Of a DNA stretch of 64,000 bases, positions 25,169 to 37,744 are shown one piece after another; the first letter of the stretch is position 1, and each line of letters opens with the position of its first letter. The position numbers were made by a program, and so were the translations under genes. Below the pieces are notes generated by a model. The model was not told the DNA's origin, did no database searches, and worked only from the letters and a program-made list of their open reading frames with translations. Origin of the DNA: Spongospora subterranea f. sp. subterranea (taxonomy: Eukaryota); NCBI GenBank assembly GCA_049724395.1, contig JAUGWO010000060.1:124001-188000 (forward strand), read 5' to 3'.

Positions 25169-27892
25169 ATGATGAGTTCGGCTCAGCAGGCCCCAACGTA
25201 AGGAAATTCGAGTTGCGGTCGGACGGCGAATCTGATCAATCGCATTGTGCACACAACAAACAGTTCAGGAACATCAAGCATCCTCCTATCGCCAGCAATA
25301 GCACGAGGGCTATGCGATAGGTCTTATGAGAAAAGGAAAGCAGCTGCGCTGGACCTGGAGCATTTACTTAAACAAGATCGACAATCATCGGAGATTGTGC
25401 AATTAAGTAATTATGTAGTATCGCTGAACCACAGTCTTCTGAGGCTATATCGACAGTTGCGGTTCTTAATTCCGATTTTATCTCCAGCACCCAATCGAAT
25501 TATCGCAAAGGTGGTCTAATAGGGTTAGCAGGTTAGAAATACGATAGTTGAACGGTCCCGGCTCTCAATATTTCTAGCTTTGGCGATTGGTTTAGGAAGA
25601 TATTGTGATCAGTATTTAGATGGTGACACAAACTTTCGGCTGTTAATATTTGTTTGCTAACATGTATATCATAGAGATTCTTCCTCCTATATTGCTATTA
25701 ATGCAGGACCCAGAAAACCGTTGCCGGTATTATGCATGTGAAGCGTTATATAACATAGCGAAAATTAGCAGAGGCCACGTTCTGAAGCGTTTCAATGCTA
25801 TTTACGATGGTCTCTGTACCTTACATGCCGATCCTGATGGTGATGTCCGAAATGGCGCATCACTATTGGATCGATTAATGAAAGACATTGTTACGGAATC
25901 TGATATGTACTTGCATCAACCCAAGATGGTTTGTAATTAATGAGTTTTACCTAGGTTCGATATCACAACCTTTATTCCGCTTCTCCAAGACCGTATGCAA
26001 ATCAAGGACAGCGCGATACGGGAACTTAATGTCGGATGGATTCAGGTAGATTATTTTTGATTTCATCGATTTGATGTTTTGCCAAAGAGGACCGCTTTTC
26101 AATTACCTTCAATTCAGCTTGACTTATTAGGTATAGGTGCTTGACTCAGTGCCTGATATTGATTTGTTGCGATATCTACCTGGAATTTTGACTGGATTGC
26201 TGGACATGTTATCTGACTCAAACGCTGGCATCATCGCATCTGCCGAAGAAGTTCTGTCGGAATTTCTGAACGAAATCTCTGTATCTCTGCCGGGATACCA
26301 TTGAGCTGATGGTACAGTGCTCTTACATGAGTTGCCTCTTTTAATTTGTTGGTCCAGATACCAGTTCTAGTCCAACAAAGCTCTGGAGACTTTCCCATTG
26401 TTTGCAAACTCATGTCACTCAAATGGCTGGAATCATTTGTCGTGTTATGTAAAGCCAGACTGTTGCCGCAGTATCCAAGTTTGATAAACGGGCTACTTTC
26501 TTGCATGAGTGAGACGGATCATGATGGCATTAGGGCAAATGCAGCAACAATCAGCAAGGCGATGATGCATCAGGTTAAAAGTAGCTCTGACTCTTTCAGC
26601 TACGTAGAAGAGCTACTGCAGCAACTGTCCATCAACCTCAAAATGGACAATTCTTTAACTAAGTTGACCAGTAAGTTTTACCTGTTCTAGATATGAGCTG
26701 TCGCAGATTGATAGTGGACAGCTCTAAATTGGATCGAAATGCTGTTGCAAGAACACCCCGACCCTTTTTTCAAATCCATCAATGGATTATTTCCTGCTCT
26801 TATTCAGACATTATCAAATCCAACCGATAACGTGGTCCAGGTTCCACCGAAATCGTCGCTTTTTTGGAGATACTAAATACTGACCCGACGTTTAGGTGAC
26901 TCTCTCTGTTCTCGTAACCATATCAAGGAACCCTCTTTACTTCGACTCGGTTTTCACACATGTTTTGGACGCGTTTTGCGCGAATCTAATTTTGTTGAAA
27001 TCGCGGAGTGGTTTTATTTTCAAAGAATTATGTTTGCTCTTGGACCCTAGAACAGTGTTTTCAGCTATTGCTCTGTTGATACCAAAGAGGCAAGAGCATA
27101 ACCTAGGTATACATAATTGCTTATCATGTGTTAATTCTTAAATCATTTTGAGGTGTCAGAGGCAATCAACACGATAATCCAGATTCTCAACGAATTGTTG
27201 CTTACTTGGGATCAACTTCATAACTTCAGGCGAGAAGTTCAAAACTGTTTGACTCAGCCAGATGGGAAGCAGCTGTTTGAAAGTCTATTTTCTGCGTGGA
27301 TTTTTAATCCCGTTGCAACGCTAAGCCTGTGTCTTTTTTGTCAATCTTACGACCTAGCCAGTGCTGTCGTTTGCCAATAGTAGGCCCAGCGTTCAAGTCG
27401 CTCGCGCTTCCGTCGGCTTATTGATGGTTTTTTGTTAGCGCTGAGGTTCAGATCACTGTTGGGTTCTTACTCGAAATTGATCGACTTGTTACATTGATTG
27501 AGAGTCCTGTGTTCGTTCGCCTGCGATTACATTTGCTTGAGCCGCACACTTATCCTACTCTGATTATGGCTCTTCATGGAATTTTGATGGTGCTCCCTTC
27601 GCAAGGCGCCTGCTTCAAATATCTTGCGACTAGGTTCGTGTAGTAGTTGCTATCATTATTCGCTCAATGCTCGGCTAGGCTGCAAAGTGTTTCTACACTG
27701 GGAGCTCTAACTTTCGCTCCCAAATCACAGCTTAGCGTTGCGAAATCACAAGTTTTCATAGATCCTACTCAGCATGCATGTTTTCTGGACCAGTTCCGAG
27801 AAGTTCAAAAGTTGTATACTTCTGCTCGTCTTCAAGCTTTGTCCGAGCGCAGAATAGGGTCATCGGCGACTGTTAATTTGCCTTTGCAGTGA
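25169..27892 (+). CDS. VAC14: VAC14, HEAT-repeat scaffold of the PIKfyve/Fab1 complex (multi-exon)
   Basis: ARGLCDRSYEKRKAAALDLE, NYRKGGLIGL, RCRYYACEALYNIAK, ADPDGDVRNGASLLDRLMKDIV, NPVATLSLCL and EIDRLVTLIESPVFVRLRLHLLEP. Confidence 0.95.
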
Positions 27893-28081
27893 TTGGTGCC
27901 TGCTATACTATTGTGAGTCTAAACTGTCATCAACCTGTATATGTGATAATATAATTGTTAGTTTACTTAAATAACTTTTGGTTCGTGTTAATTTTGTTGA
28001 TTGAATATCGGTGTAATCACAACCCTGGTCCGTAAGCTCCTTTGTCTGTGCGAACTGGTAAAGTCAGTTCGCCACTTTATT

Positions 28082-30185
28082 TTACGAAAACGCGTGTTTA
28101 TTTCTCAATAATATTAGATTATGTTGTAATGCTTTGTTGATCTGTTTCAGAGCATCGTAACGGCTGTCGACAGCTTGCATCTGAACCATCATATATTCTT
28201 TTTGTTTCTCAACGGTCTTTTTTAGTTCCTCGATTGTTAGTTCGAGGTTCTTTGAGTTGGAATTGATCGCTTCCAGTTGGCTCTCTAATACATTGATCCG
28301 GCTGGTCCTATGAGCAAGAAGTTCTTCGCCTTGAGATAGACGCTCCAACAGCGACCGTTCTCGTAGCCTGACTGCATCTTCTGCCGCAGACGCGGCTTTT
28401 GATTGAAAGGCCAAATAATGTGCCTTGGCCTTGACTAATTCTGCTGATAGCACTGTTATTGTAGTTTCAAGTTCAGCGAAACGATCATTGTTCCGGTTTT
28501 CATGTTGAGCGACCAGGACATCATCGCGCGCTTTGTTCAACTGCAGCCGCAAACTATCAGTTTTGCTCTCCAGGCGCGCCACATTTTGTTGAAGGGAAAC
28601 ATTCGAACGTTCAAGTAAAAGACATCGCTCCGTGGCAGATGAGCGTTCCAGCTTCAACTTATCCATCTTATGTAGTATTTCCGCTTCCCACTTCCTCTGT
28701 TGGCGTTTATGCTGATGAAGATCATCTCGCCCTCGTCTAAGTGTTTCGCGTAGATGCGAATTTTGATCGATTGCGCGCGCATCGCTAGACTTGTTGCTGG
28801 GTTTGATATCGCTGGGGCAATTAAAACCTGATTTCAAACGATCCTCAAGCTGACGCCTCTGAAATCGTTCGAATGTCAATTCGATTTGCATCAGTTGAGC
28901 AGCGGCACGCAAAGCGCCAGGTTCTTCAGGCAGTTTGTCGCCATTAGCTGATGCCCATAGAGGCGCGCGAGCAGGAGTATTTCGAGCCCGTTGTGATAAC
29001 GAGGAGGTCTCTGACGACGACCTTAGGAGCGACGTCTGATATCGATGGGATTTTCCAATAACGATTTCGGGAAGAAGGGGTACATCAACCAGTAAAGGCT
29101 GGCATGCACGTAAGAATTCTAATGATCGGCATGCTTCTTTACGAAGGCAGCAGATAGTTTCCCAAGGCCACAGCTCATATAGTTTTCCGAAGAATTTCGA
29201 CGTCGCGAATCTGATCTCATTGGGGACTTCGGAAGTACGGGCGGCTGGAGCTAATCCGACCAGATTGGTGATGAACGTGGTCATTGGGGCGATAATATTG
29301 CCCGCCGGCAATGAATTACTACGGGACCTGATGGTCGGTAGGGACGATGGTGAATCTTTCCACAGCAACAACAACCGTAGCAGATTCAACAACGGCAGCG
29401 TATCTGCTAACAATATCATTCCATCGTGAACGCTGCTCAGTACGATGCAGATCGCCAGGACGCGATTGGCGATCGTTTCCTGGCTAGAGTTATTGCCCAA
29501 ATCCCGAACCAGATCTGAAGAGAACGGGGCGCATTGAACGATATCGCAATACGACAAGATCTTCATTTCCTTCAATTAGCCCGAGACTATGAGCACATTT
29601 GACAACTCGTTTACCTGAAATTGGCACATTATGGTCAGCAACTCTAACGATTGCGCCGGGAATTTTGAACACTACATCAAACACGGCAATCAACACATGG
29701 CCGATATTTGTACAACGGTTGACCTATACCAGAAAAGGGCACAGATGCTCCAGAAATCGGCATGGAGCTAGACTGCATTGATGACGGAGCAGCTGAAGAA
29801 TGGATTCGGATGAAGGATGAGTACAATAGCCATCGATGACGGATATGAGGAAATCGTGATCGGAAACTATGAGGTCTTGACAGAGGCGCGTAATGGAGGC
29901 CTGGTCAATATCGCTCATCTGTAAACATGAAAGGCACAACGAGTGGAATTGACGGAAACGTTGACGACCGAACCCCAACAGAATCTGATGAAGGTACAGG
30001 AATAGAGTAGGTATTGAAGACGGCGAAATTGTGGAATGAGTGGCGTACTGACACAAATCTGTCATCATCCCGGGATTATGTGCAATATCCGATAATAACT
30101 GATTGCAGACATGCTCAGAGAAAACCCCATTATCGATTGCCTCTATAAGCTGATGTAATGGGGGTGCCCTGGCGCTATCCGGCAT
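28082..30185 (-). CDS. TSC1: Hamartin (TSC1)-like protein
   Basis: N-terminal helical domain with FFGKLYELWPWETICCLR (compare TSC1 LYGMYPCNF), then QIELTFERFQRRQ (compare QLLYERFKRQQH) and a long coiled coil ending RYDALKQINKALQ (compare RYEAQKRI). Confidence 0.65.
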
Positions 30186-32589
30186 CAGGGTGTATTCGGG
30201 TGGTCGGCCAGTAACGATGTTCTATGGTGAAATCGTCACAAAAGCGCTGGTTCTAGTCTGAAAGATAAGCAGGACCCTGGCAGGGGGCTATGGGCTAACG
30301 CCAGAGACAGGTGGAATCAGACCGGGTAACAAAACCCCATGACCCGCTGGCCCTTGGCCGTTTGGCCGTTTATTGCACTGCGGCGGGATACCGGAAGGGA
30401 CGGTCTTATTTGCGGCAGACCCAGAGACCCAAGCCATCTTGCCGCAATCGTCTGAGATGATTACAGTACCAAAAATCATTTTCATCATTGCGTCTGAACC
30501 TTTTTCTCGCAGAATAACAAAATCAAAATTTCGCAATCTCAATGATCTACTTGATGAAAGCGCCGTCACAAGGTTTGCTTTGAGGCGTTTGTTCCTTGTG
30601 AACATTTTTCGGCCTCTGTATAGGTTTTCTTAAGGTTTATCGACTGACCTTACACCCAATTTTAACTTAGCAATGTTTAAGCATGTACGGTCTTCTCAAA
30701 CTCAATCCCCCATATATTACAGTGTTTTTACGGCCTGAGCAATTCTGGCGGTTCTGCTGTTAAATATTTCCTGTATTCCCGCGATAAGGTGGAATTTATA
30801 CATTCGGATAGAGGGAGTTTGAATTTAATCGTATTGTCATCCAAAATTAACCCGACTAGGATTAGTAATCAATTTCTTCTCTGTCCAATTTGGCATAGTG
30901 GTTTTCGCTCTAAACAGAAGCGCAATCGTTAATTGGAACTCGTCCATCCAAAATGCTCAAAATTAGGGGTAGCCAAAACAAACGGGGTCTCATTCAAACT
31001 AACACGATATAGCGAAGAGCTGAATTTTGCTGGTTGGCTATCACAAACTAATTTATGAATTCACAATTTCGGCATCAACGTTCGACTCAAATCCATAAAC
31101 AGTAATGTATTTTATGCTGTTAAAATTCTTTTGAGTATTATTGATCAATAAACCGTGCACAACGGGCATCCTTGAGGCTATGCAAATCACAATCTATTGA
31201 TTGTCAGGCGATAAATATAACATATGGCCACAGTACAGGATCACTCGAAAATGCCAAATCAAACGATATGCAGTTGGCGAGCGGGTTCCAAACGGGTACG
31301 GGTTTATCATGAGAATGTATTCGACGCTCTGTGAGATGTGAGATTTAGGCTAAACCCCGGTCATTTCTTACCATGTTCTGAGCTCTTACCGTTCGATAGA
31401 CAATGTTTGCGAGCTGTTCAAATAATCCTTGATACGAGACGCTCGCCGCTCATGAGCGTCAATGAGTAGAGTCAACGCTTCTTGAGTCTAAGAATGGCGA
31501 CACCAGCGATTAAGTCACGATATATCAAATTTGAGCAAATTTAAAAAACAATGAACTCTGTCCCATCACCACCTTACAGTTTTCTTGCGTTTTTAATAAT
31601 TCCCGATATTTTTCAATCGATCTCGCATATTTATCGAGCGCCTGTCGGTAATGACCTTTTTGTTCGGCCTCATTAGCCTGTCGACTGTACCTGTTCGCCT
31701 TGCCAGGGAATATCAGAATTGTGTGGGAGAAGCGCCAGCCCTTGGTTACCCTACCTCAGATAGCGGGTGGATATCGTCCCAATCATCAATCAGATACATA
31801 TTCGTGATTCCTCATGGACTAACCGTGTTCCCTCTTTTCCTTAATGATATAATCTTCATATTCGGTCCGACAATGATTGGTCGGATTTGCCTGCTGGTTC
31901 GGAGGGATCCCTCGGATTGGTCTGGGAGAATTCTTTCAATTACTGAAAGGTTTGTCAGCTTTGGTCGCTCAATCTCGATTTCTGCCTGTTGCGCGGCAAT
32001 CGTCTATGCGATTGTGACACCAGAACAGCCGTTTTTGTCGCTGTGGACGGCAATGTCCATAATATAGAGCAGATAATGGTGGGTTGATACTGTAAATTTG
32101 CCGCTGATAATTAAGGCAGTTGCGACGTTTGCTTCAACTGCAATTACACTTTAGTGGTCAAACATTCTTCCCATTATAAATGATTAACATCCAAATCATG
32201 TAGAAGGCGCCAGGTCATGTTGACCGACGGGAATGTTCAATCCCGATCCATTGCCTCCAACCCAGAAGACCTTGTGAGTGAGGCGAAACCGGAACATAAT
32301 CAAGTGAGAATTTTGCAGAAGGGTTTGATTAAAACTTTGAATGGGAAGGCTTGGTGAACACTTCCTCAACTGAAGCAAAATAGAAAAGATCTGAATAAAC
32401 AGAAGTAATGATCAGGTCGTCACTTTTCCTGCTCCCTTTCCTCTTTTCCTCATTTTTTCCTGGTTGCCTTCTGTTTTGCTTTTCTTTCCATTGGTATTGT
32501 GCCTTCTCTCAGTGCATCATGTCCCTGCCATCTCTCACCCCTGTTTCCGGTTCCCCGTTACCACCCAGCTGTACCCGTTCACATGCTCT

Positions 32590-33960
32590 GCTCGAAAGCA
32601 AAGTCATCCTCGTTACCACCCACCTGTGCTCAATCACTTCCTCGAAATCAAGTCATCCTCGTTACCACCCACCTGTGCTCAATCACTTCCTCGAAATCAA
32701 GTCATCCTCGTTACCACCCACCTGTGCTCAATCACTTCCTCGAAAGCAAGTCATCCTCGTTACCACCCACCTGTGCTCAATCACTTCCTCGAAAGCAAGT
32801 CATCCTGTTACCACCCACCTGTGCTCAATCACTTCCTCGAAATCAAGTCATCCTCGTTACCACCCACCTGTGCTCAATCATGCTTCCTCGAAATCTTCCT
32901 CGAAAGCAACTCATCCTCGTTACCACCCACCTGTGCTCAATCACTTCCTCGAAAGCAACTCATCCTCGTTACCACCCACCTGTGCTCAATCACTTCCTCG
33001 AAAGCAACTCATCCTGTTACCACCCACCTGTGCTCAATCACTTCCTCGAAATCAAGTCATCCTCGTTACCACCCACCTGTGCTCAATCACTTCCTCGAAA
33101 GCAAGTCATCCTCGTTACCACCCACCTGTGCTCAATCACTTCCTCGAAAGCAAGTCATCCTCGTTACCACCCACCTGTGCTCAATCACTTCCTCGAAAGC
33201 AAGTCATCCTGTTACCACCCACCTGTGCTCAATCACTTCCTCGAAATCAAGTCATCCTCGTTACCACCCACCTGTGCTCAATCACTTCCTCGAAAGCAAG
33301 TCATCCTCGTTACCACCCACCTGTGCTCAATCACTTCCTCGAAAGCAAGTCATCCTCGTTACCACCCACCTGTGCTCGATCACTTCCTCGAAAGCAAGTC
33401 ATCCTCGTTACCACCCACCTGTGCTCAATCACTGTGCTCAATCACTTCCTCGAAAGCAACTCATCCTCGTTACCACCCGCCTGTGCTCAATCACTTCCTC
33501 GAAATCAAGTCATCCTCGTTACCACCCACCTGTGCTCAATCACTTCCTCGAAAGCAAGTCATCCTCGTTACCACCCACCTGTGCTCAATCACTGTGCTCA
33601 ATCACTTCCTCGAAAGCAACTCATCCTCGTTACCACCCGCCTGTGCTCAATCACTTCCTCGAAATCAAGTCATCCTCGTTACCACCCACCTGTGCTCAAT
33701 CACTTCCTCGAAAGCAAGTCATCCTCGTTACCACCCACCTGTGCTCAATCACTTCCTCGAAAGCAAGTCCTCCTCGTTACCACCCACCTGTGGTCAATCA
33801 CTTCCTCGAAAGCAAGTCATCCTCGTTACCACCCACCTGTGCTCAATCACTTCCTCGAAAGCAAGTCCTCCTCGTTACCACCCACCTGTTCTCAATCACT
33901 TCCTCGAAAGCAAGTCATCCTCGTTACCACCCGCCTGTGCTCAATCACTTCCTTAAAGCA
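32590..33960 (+). repeat. Minisatellite, 49-bp unit, ~28 copies
   Basis: Unit CCTCGTTACCACCCACCTGTGCTCAATCACTTCCTCGAAAGCAAGTCAT, with substitution variants, 3-nt-deleted units and 13-nt internal duplications. Confidence 0.97.
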
Positions 33961-34332
33961 TTTCATCCGCGTTACCGTCAACTCTAATAAGATGCACCCT
34001 TACCCGTATCATACTCTGTTTGTTGAAAGGAGCACCACTCCTGTTAAATAACGCGACTCTATTATGCGCACCGGATTGTGTATTCTTTTTGCGGCCATTA
34101 TCAAATACTGCCCTGGTAGTCATTCATCAACCCTCCCGCCTCCTGTTGGATCCGCCGGTACATTCAACCCTAAACATTATTCGCTATTCTTTTCAAACCT
34201 CCCCAGGTTCCCTCGTTCCAGTTCCTAATTCTCCAACCCAGTCCATCTTGTCGAGGCAGATTGGTTCCCAAATTTAAACGATACCGCTATATGCGATTTT
34301 TGAATCTGGGGCCTGAATAAACTCTCATCTAA

Positions 34333-35477
34333 ATGCGATCCTTTATTGGAATAGTTCATTTAGGAATATTTATATTTTTGTGGTTGATTGCTGCTTCTCT
34401 TCCTGCCTGGTTGATTCTAACATTGATCATCTGGGGCGATTTCCGTCTTCATATCGTTGTCGCTCTTTACGCCTTAATCCGCCATTATCTCCCCAGGGGC
34501 ACTTGGGATTCTTTCCGCCGTCGTCACCTCGAGGTATTGCATTCTGGGTTTTCTCTCGGTTTTTCAGCAAATCACTAATGGGTTGATGAACTTAGTTGTC
34601 ACAGCGGCATCAATACTTTCGAAAGGAAATGACAATCATAGAGGAAGACAGACGAGAACCGCAAAGCCGTCATATGCTTGTGTTCCATCCACATGGTATA
34701 CTTTGCTTTGGATATATTGTAAACGGCAACGGGAGCAACGAGCTGGAGAAACGTGGACCATATCATTGGCTTGGCGCCTGGTGGATGACTAACCTCCCAA
34801 GTAAGATCATTTACGGAAATGATGTTTCAAATTTCACCAAACAATATCATAGTATTATCTGAGCTGGTCGCTTGGCAACGTGGCGGCCAAGTTGATAAAG
34901 CGCATGTTGAAATGCTAATGCAGAATGGAGAGAACATTGCTCTGATCCCCGGCGGGTGTGAAGAAGCCACCTTATTTCGTTATAACCAGCATCAGGTATA
35001 TTACTTCCTTTGGTTAAAGACCCCATATCACAGTTTCGCAACAACAGGTCTACCTGAGGAAGCGACGCGGGTTCATCGTCTACGCCCTACGCCATGGATA
35101 TCAAGTTAGCCCAGTTTACACATTCGGTGAAGAGTTGACATATTCATCGTGGGAAGGGATAACTGATTTCCGTTTATGGCTCAATCGATACAACATCCCT
35201 TGTGGTAATCAAATTGTTATTCCAGCCTTTCACGCTTCTGCTCATGGTTTGCCTGGAAGTTGTATTTTGGTCCAAATACTGGTTTTTGCCATATTGGGAT
35301 ATCAACCTGGTTACGGTTGTGGGAAAGCCAATACAGTTTCCTCATATCCCTCATCCGACTGCAAATGATATCGACAAGTATTTTTCCATTTACGTGATGG
35401 AGCTGCAGGCGCTGTTCGAGCGGTACGTCGGCACATACGCTGCTGATCCGAAATCCAAACTCCACATTATCCTATAA
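34333..35477 (+). CDS. DGAT2: Diacylglycerol O-acyltransferase 2 / MOGAT family (multi-exon)
   Basis: N-terminal transmembrane segment, YF motif, FHPHG motif, IALIPGGCEEA, RRGFIVYALRHGYQVSPVYTFGE and VTVVGKPI. Confidence 0.9.
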
Positions 35478-35714
35478 ACTGAGTACTCAATATATTTGCG
35501 TAAAAAAAAACTTTCAACAATGCGGCTAACTCTGTTCCCGTTGAAATTGCCAAGTGTTAGAGCTTTATATTTTGAGCAGTGAGTGATGCCGGAGAGTTTG
35601 TTCTTGGGTTAATTGCACAGCAAACCCTCAATTTGGGTTTTTTGCCAAATGTCTTGAAATGAAACAGGAGAATCAAAACTAGTGGTAACGGAATTATTCC
35701 TGACACCCAATCAC

Positions 35715-35945
35715 GACCCAAATTTCAACAAAATCATGGATGTTGTCCATATAGACGAGAAATTGTATTTTATATATCGCGAACTAATCAACTATTTTAC
35801 TCGAATTCAGATGGAAATGAACTACAGCATAGTAGGTGCAAGAGCAAATGCTCCATAACAAAAGGTAATGTTAATGGCGGTAAGTAACCTGACAGCAAAT
35901 GGGCCAGTCGAGAAACAAATGTTTCAATGGATCCCTTTTGCCTTC
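35715..35945 (+). mobile_element. Mariner (DD39D/plant-mariner-like) transposase remnant
   Basis: MDVVHIDEK, then across frameshifts RCKSKCSIT and KVMLMAV, matching the HIDEKWF..CKSK..KVMFLAAVARP pattern. Confidence 0.65.
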
Positions 35946-36149
35946 CATAATCCTGAAAAGAGGTCTTGGTTGAGTACAACGGGTTTGGGAAATGGCGTTA
36001 CTGACCGGTGTCTGAAGTTCATGGTTTTTGTTGAATCTTTTATCGGTCTGCTTCGCCGGCAATATCAAGATGCTTCATTAATCGTTACACCATTGGCACA
36101 GAAATATCGAGCTGTCCCGAATTATTTTCGCATCGCAGATATTGCCGAG

Positions 36150-36780
36150 ACGACATGTAAGTCTGTCCGACGTGGAAAACACCGTTTCCCAAACCCGTCG
36201 CCGCGCTGGACTCAAATTTGTTATGAATTTCCTCCAGAGTGACAGAATCGTCGAATTGGGTAACACTCAACGAACAGCGCCAAATCTTGCGATTGTGAAA
36301 CCGGAGAGCCTACCATTCCTGCCTCAATCAATATCAAGCGACTTGCCATCCCATTCGAAAATTACCACCTTGGCGAATCTTTCGTCTGGCCAACTCCGAC
36401 AGAAATTTCCAAATCACAAATTCAGTTTTTTCCTCATCTGTCGCCTGTTGATGACGCCCTTACTCTGAACGATAATACCCAGCTACCTTTGGATCAAGAA
36501 GTTTCCTTATGAAAGACCTCCGTTGATCAGGTTCGGATTTTTAATGATTCTTTACAAATTCGCCCCTGTGTTATCGCTCATATGGAACCATCAGTAGATC
36601 TCGTTCTCGACACCGCATTCGCTGCGAAGCCAGCGATATCCTGGTCTCCCGGTACCATTACCGAATTGTGCAGCCATTGTTTACACTGTCTCGGAAAAAT
36701 TATCGCGCGACCTCTTAGCAACGTCACGTCGTTCCGCGACAAAAAAAAATCCGACAAGGTTCACTTGGACAATCAGTTGA
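36150..36780 (+). mobile_element. Gypsy-type pol (integrase zinc-binding region) remnant
   Basis: The fragments FVWPTPTEISKSQ, LQIRPCVIAH and CLHCLGKIIARPL appear with stops and frameshifts. Confidence 0.5.
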
Positions 36781-37225
36781 CGGCTCTGCTAGCTCTGCTG
36801 GTAGGGGGTAACCAGTTGCCTGCTGACCTTCCTTGATCTGTAAATAATCCAACAATTTTATTAGATCATTTTTGTTCGAACATGAAGAACAGCTCTTGAG
36901 CCTTTTCTACTCAAACGGCGACAGCACAACTTTTGAACATGAAAGTGGGAAACCCTATTGAAACCCTTACCCCACAGGCCACAGTGGAAGATTCTCCATT
37001 TTCCGCGGTCATCAATTATATGTTCTAGCCCCTGATAGGTTCCTACGGTCTCCGCCACGGTGTCCGAGAGCCGTAGTGGGAAGGCGCCGGTGTTGTTGTG
37101 ATCTGATCGCGGAAGCTGTTCATTCACCAATCGCCTTGCTCGTGGTTGAAGCAATGATTGCCAGCCGTGTACTAAGGTAAGCCCATTGATTTTCATTTCC
37201 AATTCAGTTGCCGGTGTTGTAAATT

Positions 37226-37325
37226 TGGGACTTGATGACCATCTTTCCCCGAACAAATTCTGCTTTGAGTACAAAATTACCGCAACTGCCGTCTTCAAGT
37301 CAATTGGCTTTTGCGACTGATCCCA
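37226..37325 (+). ncRNA. Box C/D snoRNA, SNORD12/snR190-like (copy 1)
   Basis: Terminal stem TGGGA/TCCCA, box C TGATGA 37233-37238, box D CTGA 37317-37320. TCTTTCCCCG (37242-37251) is complementary to LSU rRNA CGGGGAAAGA. The D' box is degenerate. Confidence 0.65.
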
Positions 37326-37493
37326 TATTTATTATACCGTTTTCTGATGTTTTATTTCGCAGCTATTCACTAACATTATACTGATCCTTATTTGATTAGG
37401 TTGTCGCAATCTCGCATCTTTTCGATAATGTCGTCGATACGCATCCCTCATCCAAGGTAATATTAATATGGTTATTTGTTTGTATATGTTTGT

Positions 37494-37588
37494 TCGATAT
37501 GATTACATCTTTCCCCGTGTGAATTCGATACCTGAACACATGAAATGCAAGTTTTGCAGCCAGCAGAACACTATTGCGCTATGATCGA
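37494..37588 (+). ncRNA. Box C/D snoRNA, SNORD12/snR190-like (copy 2)
   Basis: Stem TCGAT/ATCGA, box C variant ATGATTA 37499-37505, box D variant ATGA 37581-37584. Guide TCTTTCCCCG-T before D' GTGA (37519-37522) places the +5 position on the third G of LSU CGGGGAAAGA (yeast G2395 equivalent). Confidence 0.65.
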
Positions 37589-37744
37589 CTTATCTATATT
37601 TCATTTGATGTTTTGCTTTTTGACCTAGCGATTCATCGTCAAAGGCTGATCAATGAACAGGCGAAGATCTATACTCGGATGCCCATTCGTGGGGTAACTG
37701 TCGTATTCTATTATCAGGTATGTAGCTCATTGTAAAGCTCGATT

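Noticed and set aside
30650..32400. Helitron/PIF1 or integrase remnant
   Set aside because: Only very short motif-like fragments are present (HSDRG; YA..ITI across frameshifts), too weak to call without a profile search.
32590..33960. CRISPR array or repeat-protein gene
   Set aside because: The units are contiguous with no unique spacers, there are no cas genes, and the context is eukaryotic. The three long ORFs follow automatically from a stop-free 49-bp unit.
36449..36512. Additional C/D snoRNA (TGATGA..CTGA..ATGA)
   Set aside because: There is no terminal stem or convincing guide, and it lies within a Gypsy-like coding remnant.
36861..37298. 145-aa minus-strand ORF as a real gene
   Set aside because: No family is recognisable, and it overlaps the first exon, donor site and first snoRNA of the plus-strand host gene.
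37508..37520. Guide for the SSU ACACGGGGAAA region
   Set aside because: TTTCCCCGTGT also matches this site. However, the core shared with the paralog and the +5 register fit the known LSU G2395-equivalent target better.
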